Below the pieces are notes generated by a model. The model searched no databases and was not told the DNA's origin. It saw only the letters and a list, made by a program, of their open reading frames with translations. The translations under genes were made by a program, and so were the position numbers. A DNA stretch of 64,000 bases from Callorhinchus milii (lineage: Eukaryota). The stretch lies in contig NW_024704742.1 of the NCBI RefSeq assembly GCF_018977255.1, positions 32,118,001 through 32,182,000 of the forward strand, in the 5' to 3' direction. Below are positions 36,901 to 49,505 of this stretch, piece by piece (positions within the stretch are counted from its first letter, which is position 1; every line of letters starts with the position of its first letter).

Positions 36901-37280
36901 AATAATCCCTGCATGTGATGTAGCGCCTTATCACATTGTCGAGACACCTCAAAGTTTCACAGAATATACTATAAAGTGGATTGACTCTGTATTTTGTGGG
37001 AGAAATGCAGCCGTGGAGTGAGTGAACAATATTATTTGAGGGATTGTTGGCCAGGAGACTGTTAGAAACTCCCTTCTCTTTTCGAATAATGCCATGGGAT
37101 CTTTAACATCCACCTGAACAGGCAGACAGGACCTTAGTTTCACGTTCCATCTGAAGGATGGAACCTGTGACATCGCAACACACACCACCAGTACTATGTT
37201 GAAGTGTCGTCTTAAACTATGTGATTCCCAATCCAAACAGGGCTTGAACCCGCAACGTCTGACTGAGAGGCAAGAGAGCT
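36901..37280 (-). mobile_element. DeuSINE-like element (SacSINE1/AmnSINE-type Deu domain)
   Basis: Minus strand CAGGTGGATGTTAAAGATCCCATGGCATTATTCGAAAAGAGAAGGGAGTTTCT...CCTGGCCAACAATCCCTCA matches the Deu domain as I recall it. More degraded copies at ~29330-29565 (+), ~35545-35970 (-) and ~50480-50700 (-). Confidence 0.75.
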
Positions 37281-38564
37281 TCTACTGAATCAGGCTGACA
37301 TACAAATTTCCTTCAGTGAAATAAAATAAACTGCTCCCAGAGAAATAAAACATAACTGCTCTGAATAAATAAAACAATTCTGCTTGGGTCCACTGGCTCC
37401 CCATCCCCCAGTGGATGGAGTTTAAGATTGTGGTCCTTACCTTTAAAATCCCTCCATAGTCTTAACCCACCCTAACTACCTCTCCGACCTACTCAAACCA
37501 ACAAACCTGATCCCTCCCTCCACTTCTCACACTCAGCCTGTTTCACGTCCCCCATTCCACCACTGATGATCGTGTATTTGCCCCGACTCTTCATCCTGGA
37601 GTCCCTTTGACTTACCTCTTCCCTTATCTCCTTATAATAATAATAATCCTTGCATTTGATATAGCACTTTTCATGTCTTCTAGACGTCTCAAAGCTCTTC
37701 ACAGAATATACGGTAAAGCGGCAGCCAATTGCACGCAGCAGTGTCCCAAAAACAGTTGTGAATTGAGAGACCAAATTTTTTTTTTNGAGTTTCCTTCTAG
37801 GTCTCCCTCAAGACCTTCCTCTTTGCCCGCGCTTTCAGCCATCTTCGCCCACCTCACACCCAAACCTTAGTCTGTCCGTGATCTTGGGGCGTCCTCCTGA
37901 CGTGAAAGGCTTATATAAATGTAAATTTGTAATGTATTGTTTTCTAGTTACATTTGTGCTCACTTAGTAATCTTTTATGTCAACCGTAGCCCTGTTGTTA
38001 TTTACCTTGTACTTTGTTTTGTAGCCTAGAGAAGTCGGATCACGGGATATTCTCCCGATGTGAAAGCGCTATACAAATGTAATTTTGTATTGTACTGTAT
38101 CGTATTCTGGAGTTTTTAAATGGCCACCTGGACCATCTGCTGAAAGCCGTGAACGGATTACACCTCATCCTCTAAGTCCCATCAAGGAACGTTATTTGTT
38201 CCATAAAGACTGAGCGCTTTCAACCGTTACAACATCAATGACTTCTCATTGTATTGTCACTGGCAAAACTAAAAATGATGCGAAATATCCATTGCGATGT
38301 GTATCTCTGACAAAATATCTATTAAAACAAAGCATTTTCAACCACTGTAATCAATGATTGTGGAGTTAACAGCCTAAATGTGTCCCATTTTAAAATTTGC
38401 AATGTGACACATCACTGGGAAACATAAAGACGAATTAACATGCAAGGTAGAATTCAAATGTAAGAGACAGAGACGCAAAGTTTTCATCCTATTGCAGTGA
38501 ATAGCTAACGATTTGAGAAACCATCATAGGCTGTGAATGAAATGAATTGTCGCTGCTGCTTCTT

Positions 38565-38583
38565 TGGCCGCTAGATGTCACTA
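38565..38583 (+). promoter_or_regulatory. CTCF-like motif
   Basis: TGGCCGCTAGATGTCACTA, a good match to the CTCF core, in non-repetitive, locally CpG-retaining sequence. Confidence 0.6.
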
Positions 38584-38844
38584 AAGACTTTCTGCCTGAG
38601 CGACAGTACTGGTGACTGTGGCTGGTTTAGGATTGCGTTCTTAATTCGCATATTTCTGATCGTTGACCACGACCTTCTAGCAGTAGCAATCGGCGTGTGC
38701 TCAGCTAAACTTGTCAAAGTGAGGATATTCAATAAGGCGGGGGGGGGGGGGGGAAATAGTTGGGATTATAGTATAAGAATCATTAGTATTGATCATGTAG
38801 TGAATAGATGAATTAAGTAGAATACAATGCCATCCTGACCATCT

Positions 38845-40105
38845 GTGACCAGGGCTCCCTCTGCCTCCTCGTCCTCCTCGACCTATCTGCAGCATTTGAT
38901 ACGGTTGACTACGCTATCCTCCTCCACCGCTTGTCCTCCCACCTCAACTTTCAAGGCCCTGTCCTTGAGTGGTTTAGGTCGTACCTCTCCCACCGTCTTC
39001 ACTTTGTCTCCTCAAATGGTTTTTCCTCCGGCCCCCGCACTGTCTCGTGCGGTGTCCCTCAGGGCTCTGTCCTCGGTCCCCTCCTCTTCACCCTCTATAT
39101 GCTCCCCTTGGTGACATCATCCGCAGACATGGGGTTAACTTCCACATGTATGCGGATGACACCCAACTCTACCTTTCCTCCTCTACCCTCAACTCCACGA
39201 CCACCGATGTCCTGACAGCTGCCTGTCCGACATCGAGTCCTGGACGAGAGACAACTTTCTTCAGCTCAACGTGCGCAAAACCGAGGCCCTCCTGATTGGC
39301 TCACGTCAGCGCCTCCGCACCTCAGGCGCTGACAGCATCAGCATCCAAGGCTGCACTCTCCACCTCTCAAAGCCGGTCAGGAACCGGTCAGGAACCTCCG
39401 CGCCACAACTGGCACCGCCTTCCATCACCTCCGGAACATCGCCAGACTACGGCACTACCTCACCCCTCACGCTGCTGAAACTCTGGTCCACGCCTTTATC
39501 ACCTCAAGGCTGGACTATGGGAACTCTCTCCTCGCCGGCCTTCCCGGCACCTCCTCCACAAGCTGCAGGTCATTCAGAACTCTGCAGCTCGTGTACTGTC
39601 CCGCACCAGGCTTCGGGACCACATCACTCCCACCCTCGCTCACCTCCACTGGCTCCCCATCCCCCAGAGGATCGATTTCAAGATCCTCACCCTCACCTAC
39701 AAGGCCATTCACGGCCTTGCTCCCTCCTACCTCTCCGACCTACTATCCCCCTACTTACCTGCCCGTACCCTCTGTTCCTCCGGCTCCGGTCTGCTCCACA
39801 TCCCCCGCCCCAACCGCCCTACCATCGGTGGCCGGGCCTTCAGCCTCTCAGCCCCCAGGCTCTGGAACTCCATCCCCCAGTGCCTTCGCTGCCTCCTCCC
39901 TTTCCTCCTTCAAGGCCGGTCTCAAAACCTTTCTCTTTGACCGTGCCTTCAGCTCCCCTCTCGACTCTCTACCCCTCCTCGCTCCCTCCCTTCCCTCCCC
40001 TCACCCTGACCATTTCCCCCCGATGCTCGGGTCCTGACCCAACTGTACAGCGCCTTGGGACGTCCTCCCGACGTGAAAGGCGCTCTATACATGGAATCTT
40101 GTTGT
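38845..40105 (+). mobile_element. L2-clade LINE, 5'-truncated, frameshifted RT
   Basis: [29 protein letters not shown]; intact 3' stem-loop and TTGTTG tail. Confidence 0.92.
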
Positions 40106-41316
40106 TGTAAAAGAAATAAAAACTGCCATGTGACACACACACACTCACACACAGTCCTAGTAAAGAGGCACCGAGCTAGTAGTACAAGGGCATGTGACCC
40201 ATGGCCAGGGAAGATAAGGATAGCTGGATCTAGAGAATGGATGGTAGGCCATCTGCGCTTACAAGGGCATGTGACGTACAGACAGGAGAGATAGGAACCT
40301 GGGATAATTGGACCAGGAGAATGGATGGGATACAAACTTATCAGAAAACTTAAAGTGAGCAGGTCCCATTGACAGAGTTAGAAAAAGGACTGAAGCTTCA
40401 GGGACATAGAGTCAGGTGGTTTGGTCAGGCTAGATAAGATGGAATAAGAGGAGTATTGTTCTCTTGCAGAAGATACTACGAGCTGGTACAAGGAGAAACA
40501 ACTTGAAGATAGGAAAAGAATGCCAGGAAAGTGCAGAGAGTGTGAGAAAGAAGTCTTGGGAAAGAGTTAGAGCGTAGCAAAAAGGGATATATGAAAAAGG
40601 GTATAAAAATCGATAGCCAAAACTAGTTAGCAGAGAGAGAGAAAAAAAAGAGAAGAAAAGAGGAGAAGAACTGTGGGAAGAGCCGCAGGACCAGACTCGG
40701 AAGAGCCTCGAGAGGAGACTTGGAAGAGCCGGGGAGAAGAGCCTCTGGAGAGTCTCTGAGGAGCCTCTGCGGAGCCTCTGCGGAGCCTCTGAGGAGAAAG
40801 GTAGAAAGGGGAGAAAGTGAGAAAGAGAAGAGAAGGGAGTGAACCGGAAAGAGGATAAGTCCAGCTCTCGCCGGAGTTGACCTCAAAGAGGACAAGTCCG
40901 GCCTTAGACGTTTGCAGCCAGCAGCAAGCAAGAGACAGTATTTAACTTTTGTGCCAGCCTTAGAACTTCGTCACGACTTCCTGCCTGCTTGGTAGTATCT
41001 CTCCTACTTACTAAAACACGCACCCAACATACATACAAAACAGTTAAGAGATTATTTAGGCACATTTCATATATCACATCGTTTTTTTATATATGTTTAG
41101 AATTTTAGTGTTGAGTGTATTTTCTTAAGTCGTAATTTAGTAAGCTTTAGCAATGTACCTTGTTAAGATGTGCTTTAGTAGTCATTTAAGTGTGATGAGT
41201 AACGTGTCGGGTGTAATGTGATGCTTATGCTTGTGTGTCTTTATATTTGCTAATAAAGCGATTTAATAATATCCTTAGTGTGGTTTCTGATAAATACTTG
41301 AACCCAAAATTTCACA
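40106..41316 (+). mobile_element. LTR-like element (probable solo or orphan LTR)
   Basis: TGT...ACA ends, repeated CATGTGAC motifs near the 5' end, TATAAAA at 40602-40608, purine-rich tract with tandem GAGCCTCTGNG, AATAAA at 41252-41257. No target-site duplication found. Confidence 0.5.
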
Positions 41317-41729
41317 GGGGGTCTCTATCCTGGTTTGTGGAATTCATTAGGGAGTCCTGGAGCTCACGGTTAGGGCACACACCTTTTAATTAGTTGGATA
41401 AGAGTGCATAGCAGTGAAGATTTTTATACACACCCTTTTCTTATCTATTTCTGATTTTCCCCGAAACAGAAAAACCTTTCTCACTCGATTTGGGCAGGGC
41501 AGGGGTGGGGGGGAGGGGGGGGCAAGGATCTGTAACTAAAACTTCCATCCTTGGGGCTTTGGATTTACTAAATAAGAAATTAACAAGAGGCTATCCCAAG
41601 ATAGACAGCTGTAAGCTAGAAATATCCCTTCAAGATGGTCTGCCTTATTTGTACTCTAAAGTTAAAACATTGTTTCAAAGCTTGCAATGTATGCAATTCC
41701 TGTTGCGTAGTAATTACTGCCCTCGCCAC

Positions 41730-42066
41730 ACAACCGAGAGATCCAGGTTTGATTCCGGGTGGGGCGAAATTTTAGGTAAACTTCCTTACTCCACACGCCT
41801 CTGTTTACCTAGCAGTAAATAGGAACCCGGTTGTTAGTCGATTGGCGGATCGCTTTTCGTGGGCAATAATTCCTTAAAAAAATAATAAATTGGTCACTTC
41901 AATCCAGGACTCTTTGTGGCACACTACTGTGTGCAATTGGCTGCAGCATTTCACCCACAAAAAACATACAGTCAATTTACTTAACAGTATATTCTGTTAA
42001 GCACTTTGAGACATCTCGAAGACTTGATGAGGCACTAAATCAAATGCAAGGATGATTATTATTATT
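41730..42066 (+). mobile_element. tRNA-derived SINE, long subfamily
   Basis: B box, central segment, TCGAA-loop tail and (ATT)n. Confidence 0.85.
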
Positions 42067-44295
42067 GTTAATAGTAGGAATGTATTCCTCAGAAGGTTCA
42101 TGGGACTGAGGAGCCTTCTGGCTGTGGGCACCTTGCTTGATGGCCTCAAAAATTTTCTGACTGCCCATAGCTTCTCAGTGGTGATTGAAATACGTTAGGA
42201 CTTGAATTTCAAAGATGGAAGAGATACATTTACTTACAATGCTCTCTGCTCGTTTTCCAAAGTTTGTCAATTACATGACATTAGTATGGGGATCAGAATA
42301 GCGCAGCGATTAATCATGCGATTCAGTCGCTTGTGGACCCTTTGCTTTTCAATTCCATTGCTTCTGTGTCAAAAAAGTTGATAGTACAATACAGGATGAT
42401 AGCAGGTCAGAATGACTAATATCCCTTGTGCTCCTAGTGATTATGCCATGGTACACAGCCGTGTGAAGGATATTGCTGAGCATAAACCTGGCAAGAGCTC
42501 CAAAGAAAAGCTAATAGCTCTAGCATTGAAAAAGACTTTGCTGCTGAGGACTGTTGATTTGATGCTGACATGATACATTATGTGGCTTCATCAATATTGT
42601 GCTGACAAAGCTCAGCTAATCCTTCACGCCAAACACTGGCTTTGGTTTGCACAGGCTTTCACCACTTATGCTTTTTTCATTTGGTACAATTAATCTTGAG
42701 ACTTGTCAGCATTACCTCAATAAAAGACTGTCAGGGAGATGTACAAATCCAGGGAGGCAAGAACAGAGATAAGTTGTTGTGCTGACATATATTACAAGGT
42801 ACCCAGGGACCACATTCTTGAAATGTAGTTTGGAATTGTGGTGGAAGATAAAATCTATCCAATGGATGAAGTTTCTGATACTTATAACCAACTAGCTGTA
42901 TCGTTACAGTCAGGGATCGGGGGTGGGGGGCCGCAGGGGGCAGGGTTGGGATGAGGGAAGGCAGAGAGGTAGGAGGGTGGCTGAAGGCACGCTTGAAAAG
43001 TACAGCCAGCCTGGCCCATTAGCAGGACCTGGAAGGGCAGATCAATCACTGGCAGGGAGTCATCCTACTCAGCTCCTGTTAACCCTGCAAACCAAAGCCC
43101 TAATGGGTTAGGGTGGTCCTAGCTGGACAAGTAGCGGGAAAGTGTGCCAGACAGTGTTATCACTGGCAAGCTCCGCAGTTGTAGCTGGTTAGACTCCAGC
43201 AGTACCCGAACGCACACTCTGGGGTCCACAAGCTTTGGCTCTTGCCAACCTGCGCCTAATACTTTCCACAATTAGGTACGCAGGAAGCGAGCGAACATTC
43301 CATTCCAACAATTTTATCTCTGGGATTTCCACGTGTTGGTGGGATGCATGGAATTCACAGTTTGTTTTGGATACTCTTAAACATTGTGATGGGTTTCCGC
43401 ATGTGTCAGGCTCCCGGCTGACTCAAAAAAAAAGAAACCCATGATTCTTACAAAACACGAAAAAAAATCCAGCAGTTGCAATCCAAGGAAATAACAATTA
43501 ACCCAACAATCCTGCTTGTAATTTTCTTAAATCAGATTTTATGTACTTGAAGTTTGCTTCTTTGGTCAGATGACAAGTTCATTCCACTCACAAAGGAAAA
43601 TGGATTATAATACACATCCTGCACTGTAGGGCAAGCCACAGTAAATGCATTTTTAAATGATTATGCACCAAAAGGCATTGCCTTTGATCCACTTTTTGAT
43701 CTTATGATGCTGGTCTGTGAGAGTCAAAACCCATCAGTTGTGCTTGCGTCTGCAAATTAAACTGAAGCATTTGGAAATCTAAGCCCAGAAGTTGTAACTT
43801 CCAATTCTTACTCTCATATGTGGACATGAATCCATTATCTACCAGGTTGCTGGACAGAGCACTGCGCAGGAACAGAACATTTGTTCTGTTAATCATGGAG
43901 CTACCCTGCAAATTGTTGGACAGTCTGGATATTGGAACACTCCTTACTTCAAACTGCAGGAATAAATGAGTCAGTGAGGCTTGAAAAAAAGGATTGAAAA
44001 CTGGAAAGAAATTTTCGAGAATGTTTAGTTGGTTAAACCTTTAAACAGCAGTAACCAACACACACACTGGGATCTCCTCTTAATTTGGCTCTTACCAGCC
44101 TGCGCTTAATGCGCTCCAGAGCAGAGTAAGCAGGGTGTGCCCAACAACAAAAACAACTTGCATTTGTATAGTGACCTTGATGCGGTATCTCAGAGTCCCT
44201 CCAGAGTGCGTATTCCATTCCAGAGGCCCTAAAATTTTCATGTGTAGGTGGCAATGCAGGTGAAACTCTGCCTGGTCTGAATACTCTTTCAGTAT

Positions 44296-44665
44296 GAAGT
44301 CCTGTAGCTTAGTGGATAGAGCACTCACCTTGTAAATGAGATGACCTGGGTTCAATTCCCAGCAGGGCAAAACGTTGGGCAAGTTTCTTTACTCCACATG
44401 CCTCTATTTACCTATCAGTAAGTAGGAACCTGGTTGTCAGTTGATTGGCAAATCGCTTTTCCGGGAGAAATAATTATTTTTAAAATAATAATAATTTGGT
44501 CAATCAACCACGACTGTTTGTGAGTCACTGCTGTGCACAATTGGCTGCCGCTTTTCACCCACAAAATATGATGTTAATTCACTTCACAGTGTATTCTGTG
44601 AAGTGTTTTGATTTGTCTCAAAGACATGATAAGGCGCTATATCAAATGCAAGGATTATTATTATT
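44296..44665 (+). mobile_element. tRNA-derived SINE, long subfamily, full length
   Basis: GAAGTCCTGTAGCTTAGTGG head through (ATT)n tail. Confidence 0.85.
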
Positions 44666-46562
44666 GTCAGAGGTCCCTTATTATTATGGTGATGGGTTTC
44701 CGCATGTGTAGGCACCCATCTGTCCAATACAAAAAAAATTAATGTTTGATATACAAGGCATTTGATGTTCTCTGTCATAAAGAGAAAAATCTTGGGGGCT
44801 CTCGTGTCAACTTCATTTTCTACATCTGTTGAATTATGGGCAAAATGGATGAAACCAAATAGCTACATATCTAGCTATGCTATCTACATAGAATCTGAAA
44901 GAAAGGTGGTTTAGCTCTGTAATTACTTATTAATGCTAACAAGTCATCTCTGCTTAGCATTTTATTTGTTGAAATAATGTGCATATGCCCACAAATATGC
45001 AGTCAATTCATTTTACAATATATTCTTTGAAGCGCTTTGAGACATCTAGAAGATGTGAAAAGCACTACACCAAATGCAAGAATAATTATTATATTATTGT
45101 AACATCTAGACTTTGAAATCTTTGCCCTGAGTGTGCACCCTTAATTCCACATCAAACTATTAATAGTCCTTTATTGAAGCTATTCGAGTAAAATATTTTA
45201 TGCACTTTATAGAGATTAAGAGTTACAAACACTGCATTTAATCCCATGTGTTGACCTCTGCTAAAGTTTGTCTTAAAGGATAAAAGGCTTTCTGAGTGAA
45301 CAATAACAGCTCCATCAGTTACAAAGGAAGTTGCACAGGCCAGAAGGAGGTCAAATGATTTCCTGTCACTGCAGAAATCCACTCACTCTTTCCTGTGCTG
45401 TTCATACACTTGTTCTAGTTGAGGAACTGAGTAGTGTTGCTGATTGATAGATGTCTAATAACTGCAAGTAGCGAGCTAAAAAGATGGAAAGGTAATGTGT
45501 AACCGGAGTAACTTCATTTCTGACATAACATTGTAGCACTTTTAGGACAGGAAAGATCATCAGAGTGATTTGATTGAAGAAAGCTCTTCAGCCATTTTGT
45601 TTCATCCATTTTGCCCGCAAAATATACAGTCAATTTATTTTACACTATATTCTGTGAAGCACTTTGAGACATCTTGAAGACGTGATAAGGCGCTATTTCA
45701 AATGCAAGGATTATTATTATTATCTTTCCAGAATACCCATCCCAGTGTTCTCCCAGAAAGAATTATGATTAACATCCGTTGCTATTGATGTCACTGGGGA
45801 AACTGACTCAAGAGTAATTAATGAGGGTGTTAATTAATAGCAGCAGACAGACTGCTATCAGTGAGCCCTCTGTATTAATGATTTTCACACTGCATGTTAA
45901 CTCATCTTCTTGTATCATCTCATTGTACCCAATGGCCAAAAAAAGCATTTAAAGAAAATCAATATAAATTGGATCAAATGCATAGTTCTTCCAGCAAGAT
46001 GACACAGACAATATGGGCCAAATGGCCTCCCCTCTGTATTATAATCCTTGCTGTATTGTAAAATTGAATAATAAAAAAATCCTTGCATTTGGTATAGCAC
46101 TTTTCATATCAGGAGGATGGCTCAAAGCGCTTTACAGGATTTACTGTAAAGTGGAATGCCTGTGCTTTGTAGGAAATCGCGTCAGCCAATCTGCGTACAA
46201 GATTTATTAATGGATTTGCAGACCCAGTGTAAGATGTGGAATCACAGGGGACAACAAGGGTCTTACAAAGAAAGCTTGATAGGGTATGCATATGGACTGA
46301 TACTTGGTAAATTAAGTTTAATATTAATAAATGCAAGATACTACATATAAGGATCTAAGAATAGGAAACCCAAATGCTTTGTGGATGCCATTGAAATTGC
46401 CAAGGGGGAAACTAAAATAAATCTAGGGGTGTTAGTTGACTCATTGTTCTCTACATCAAAAGAGTGTGAGGCAGCAAAAAAACAAGGCAATCAGGATGCT
46501 GAATATTGCTAAATCAGTTGATCTTAGATCCCTAGACGTCATTCTTAGGCTGTACAGTGCTC

Positions 46563-46876
46563 TGCAGCTCAGTGGTTAGAGCACTCGCTTTGCAAGCGAG
46601 ACACCTGGGTTCAATTCCAGGCAGGGGGCGAAACCTTGGGCAAGTTTCCTTACTCCACACAGAGCCTAATAATAATCCCTCCAAAACCAAACAATAATAG
46701 ATTGGTCATTTTCAATCCACGACTGTTTGTGGGACACTGCTGTGCGCAATTAGCTGCCGGGTTTCACCCCAAATATACAGTCAATTCACTTTACAGCATA
46801 TTCTGTGAAGCGCTTTTGAGACGTCTGGAAGACATGAAAAGTGCTATATCAAATGCAAGGATTATTATTATTATTA
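46563..46876 (+). mobile_element. tRNA-derived SINE, short body with old-type loop
   Basis: Short-subfamily centre (CTCCACACAGAGCCTAATAAT) but tail ACGTC-TGGAA-GACAT. Directly follows a CR1 fragment. Confidence 0.85.
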
Positions 46877-46928
46877 TGGTCACTGTGACATTAGGGGGCT
46901 TTCTAGTCCCTAGAGTCAGTATAGAATT

Positions 46929-47062
46929 CTGACAAAAGATCTGAAACATTAACTCACTTTCCTCTCTCCATAGATGCTGCCTGACCTGCTGAGTGTTCCC
47001 AGCGACTTTTTGGTTTTTATTTCAGATTTCCAGCATCTGCAGTATTTTGCCTTTAGTTTTTC
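46929..47062 (+). mobile_element. Penelope-like pseudo-LTR remnant (second copy ~20897-21006)
   Basis: Both copies share GAAACATT.ACTCACTTTCCT.TCT.CCATAGATGCTGCCTGACCT.CTGA.TGTTCCCAGCGACTT, preceded by decayed hammerhead-like core nucleotides. The family call is from recollection of shark repeats. Confidence 0.5.
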
Positions 47063-48324
47063 AATGTTATGGTTTGATTTTCAAAAAAATAGATTCCTCA
47101 TAACTATGACATTCATGTTTCGTACTTGACTTTTAACTTGTCTATCCCTGTTCAGCTTTCACTGTATGTGGGTTTGGAATACAGCATTATGATACCCTCT
47201 TTGAAATGATGATTCAGTGGCTTGGGAGTTACAGGCTGTGTTTAAACCGGGTTTCAAATCCCAAGGCTTTGTGTGTTGCTCACATCATCCTTCATAGTTG
47301 CGATGAGTGCAGGCAGCCGGCTCTTATTTAAGTCAAGGGGATGGTGGTCCTGATAGGGTTGGGGGGTTGTTAGTTGTTGTGTGTTGGTTTCTCTTTATTT
47401 GAGATATTTGGTAATCTTAGAAGTAATCTGATGGTGTATTTTAGTGCAGAGAAAGGTTATGTTAATGTGGTCTCCACTGAGGGACAATCAGGTGAAACAA
47501 AAAATCACTACAAATAAGCCTTAGATCGAAGGCTGTGGCATTTTTCTCCTGCTCTTGGGAAGATTTAGTTTATTCAGAAATAAAAACAGCAAAGTGAAAG
47601 CTTCAATATTGTAAAAAAAAGTCTTCCTCAGAGTGTGATTATTAACCCCTCAAGTTTGTTCAACTGAGCAGGGGCTAACAACCATCATTAAAGTGGTGGA
47701 TTCCCCTCCTCACAGGAGATCCACAGGACCCCCTCTAACAATCAATGGCAGAAGAGATGGCAAATGCTGATTTGCTTCCGCTTGAACAGCAAATTCAGAA
47801 TGATGCTGAAGGAAGAGGCCAGAGAATGAAATAGATGCTCCTTATTGCTTCTTCTGTACTTTGGTGGCTTTTTAGAGATTGAGTTAACTCTTCCCATCCC
47901 TTTTTGAGAATCCCATTAATTGAATAATAACTCTTGCATTTGATATAGTGCTTTTCACGGCTTCTTTCGTTTTTCAACCAAAATTTAAAAAAACAAGCAC
48001 ATGAACCAAACAAATGAATGCATCATTAGAAAAAGCAGCTTCAACAATTAACCAATTAAAATAATTATCATCAAACATTCAACAAAGAGACGATTTTGAT
48101 GTTAAAAATTATTGAAAGTTGGTTCCTTTTACCTCTCCCCCTGTAGGATTTAAAACCATATTTGCAATCTAGGTTTTGTTTCCCAAATGTTTTATTAAGC
48201 GCTCTGAGCAGCTGCCCCACGTGAAGGGCAATTTGTTGTTATCTGAGGAATACTCGATGGATAAAGAAGTCCTGCTGAGTTTATGGAAAGACGGCAGCAT
48301 CATAAATAAAATAGTACACAACAA

Positions 48325-48875
48325 CACGTGCAGCAGGCCGGAGCTTGCTGAGCGGAGGGAGCAGGCGGGTTGGTAGGGGGTTAGGAGGTCGCAGAGGTAG
48401 GGTGGGGCGAGGTAATGGAGGGCTTTGTAGGTGAGGACCAGGATCTTGAACTGGATCCTCTGAAGGATAGGGAGCCAGTGGAGTTGGCCGAGAATGGGGG
48501 AGATGGGGTCACGGAGTTTGGTGCGGGAGAGGACACAGGCGGCAGAGTTCTGGATTATCTGCAGCCTGTGGAGGGAGGAGTTGGGAAGGCGGACGAGCAG
48601 GGCGTTTGCATAGTCGAGCCTGGAGGTGATGAAAGCATGAACAAGAGTTTCAGCGGCCTGAGGGGTGAGGTAGTGGCAGAGTCGGGTGATATTAGGGAGG
48701 TGGGGGAAGGCAGAACGGGTCATGGCTTGGATGTCGGGAAGAAAAGACAGTTGAGGGTCGAACAAGACACCTAGGTTCCTGACTGGCGGTGAGTTGAAGT
48801 GTGCAACCATGGAGGTTGATGTTGCCAGAGCCTGAGGTGCAAAGGCGCTGGCGCGAGCCATCAGGAGGGCCTCAG
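48325..48875 (-). mobile_element. L2-clade LINE fragment
   Basis: VRNLGVLFDPQLSF...SRLDYANALL...LHWLPI. Confidence 0.88.
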
Positions 48876-49196
48876 TTTTAGGATTTTATTAGGATTTTAG
48901 AGAAGGAAGCATTGTAATACCAGTGTCTGAAGTCAAAAGGATTTGTTAATCCAGTGATAAGCAGTAAAACCTCACTATATTAACCCTCCAGTGTTGGAAT
49001 GGGGCAGGAGCAGTCTCAGTTACTATACAAATTGATCCTAAATTACATTATGATGTTCAATGTGTGTATTTTTTTAAAAAAAGCACTTGGCATTAATTGC
49101 ATTCCAGTTATAAAGATCATTTAAAATTCTCAGAAAACAGTTTTCTCTCTCTCTCTCTCTCTCTGTGATTCAATGAGCTGCAAGTTTATACTACTA

Positions 49197-49505
49197 CTAA
49201 TAATAATAATCCTTGCATTTGATATTGTGCTTTTCACATCTTCTCGACATCTCAAAGCGCTTCACAGAATATGCTGTAAGGTGAATTGACTGTATATTTA
49301 CGGGTGAAACGCGGCAGCCAATTGCGCACAGCAGTGTCCCACAAACAGTCATAGATTGAAAATGACCAATTTATTATTGTTTTGGAGGGATTATTATTTG
49401 ACGTGTGGAGTAAGGAAATTTGGCCAAGGTTTCGCCCTGCCGTAATTGAACCCAGGTGTCTCGCTTGCAAGGCGAGTGCTCTAACCACTGAGCTACAGGA
49501 CTCCA
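49197..49505 (-). mobile_element. tRNA-derived SINE, short subfamily
   Basis: Head to tail recognisable. Further partial copies near 6450, 13730, 16200, 37635, 44985, 45605, 46070, 51530, 54280, 55540, 57700, 58590, 63490 and 63760. Confidence 0.85.

Noticed and set aside
37780..37795. SINE/L2 junction at the single N
   Set aside because: An ambiguous base after a T-run suggests an assembly join, so the chimeric structure is not trustworthy.
40700..40800. Short repeats GAGCCTCTGNG as a CRISPR-like array
   Set aside because: Tandem 11-mers without unique spacers, in eukaryotic DNA with no cas genes.
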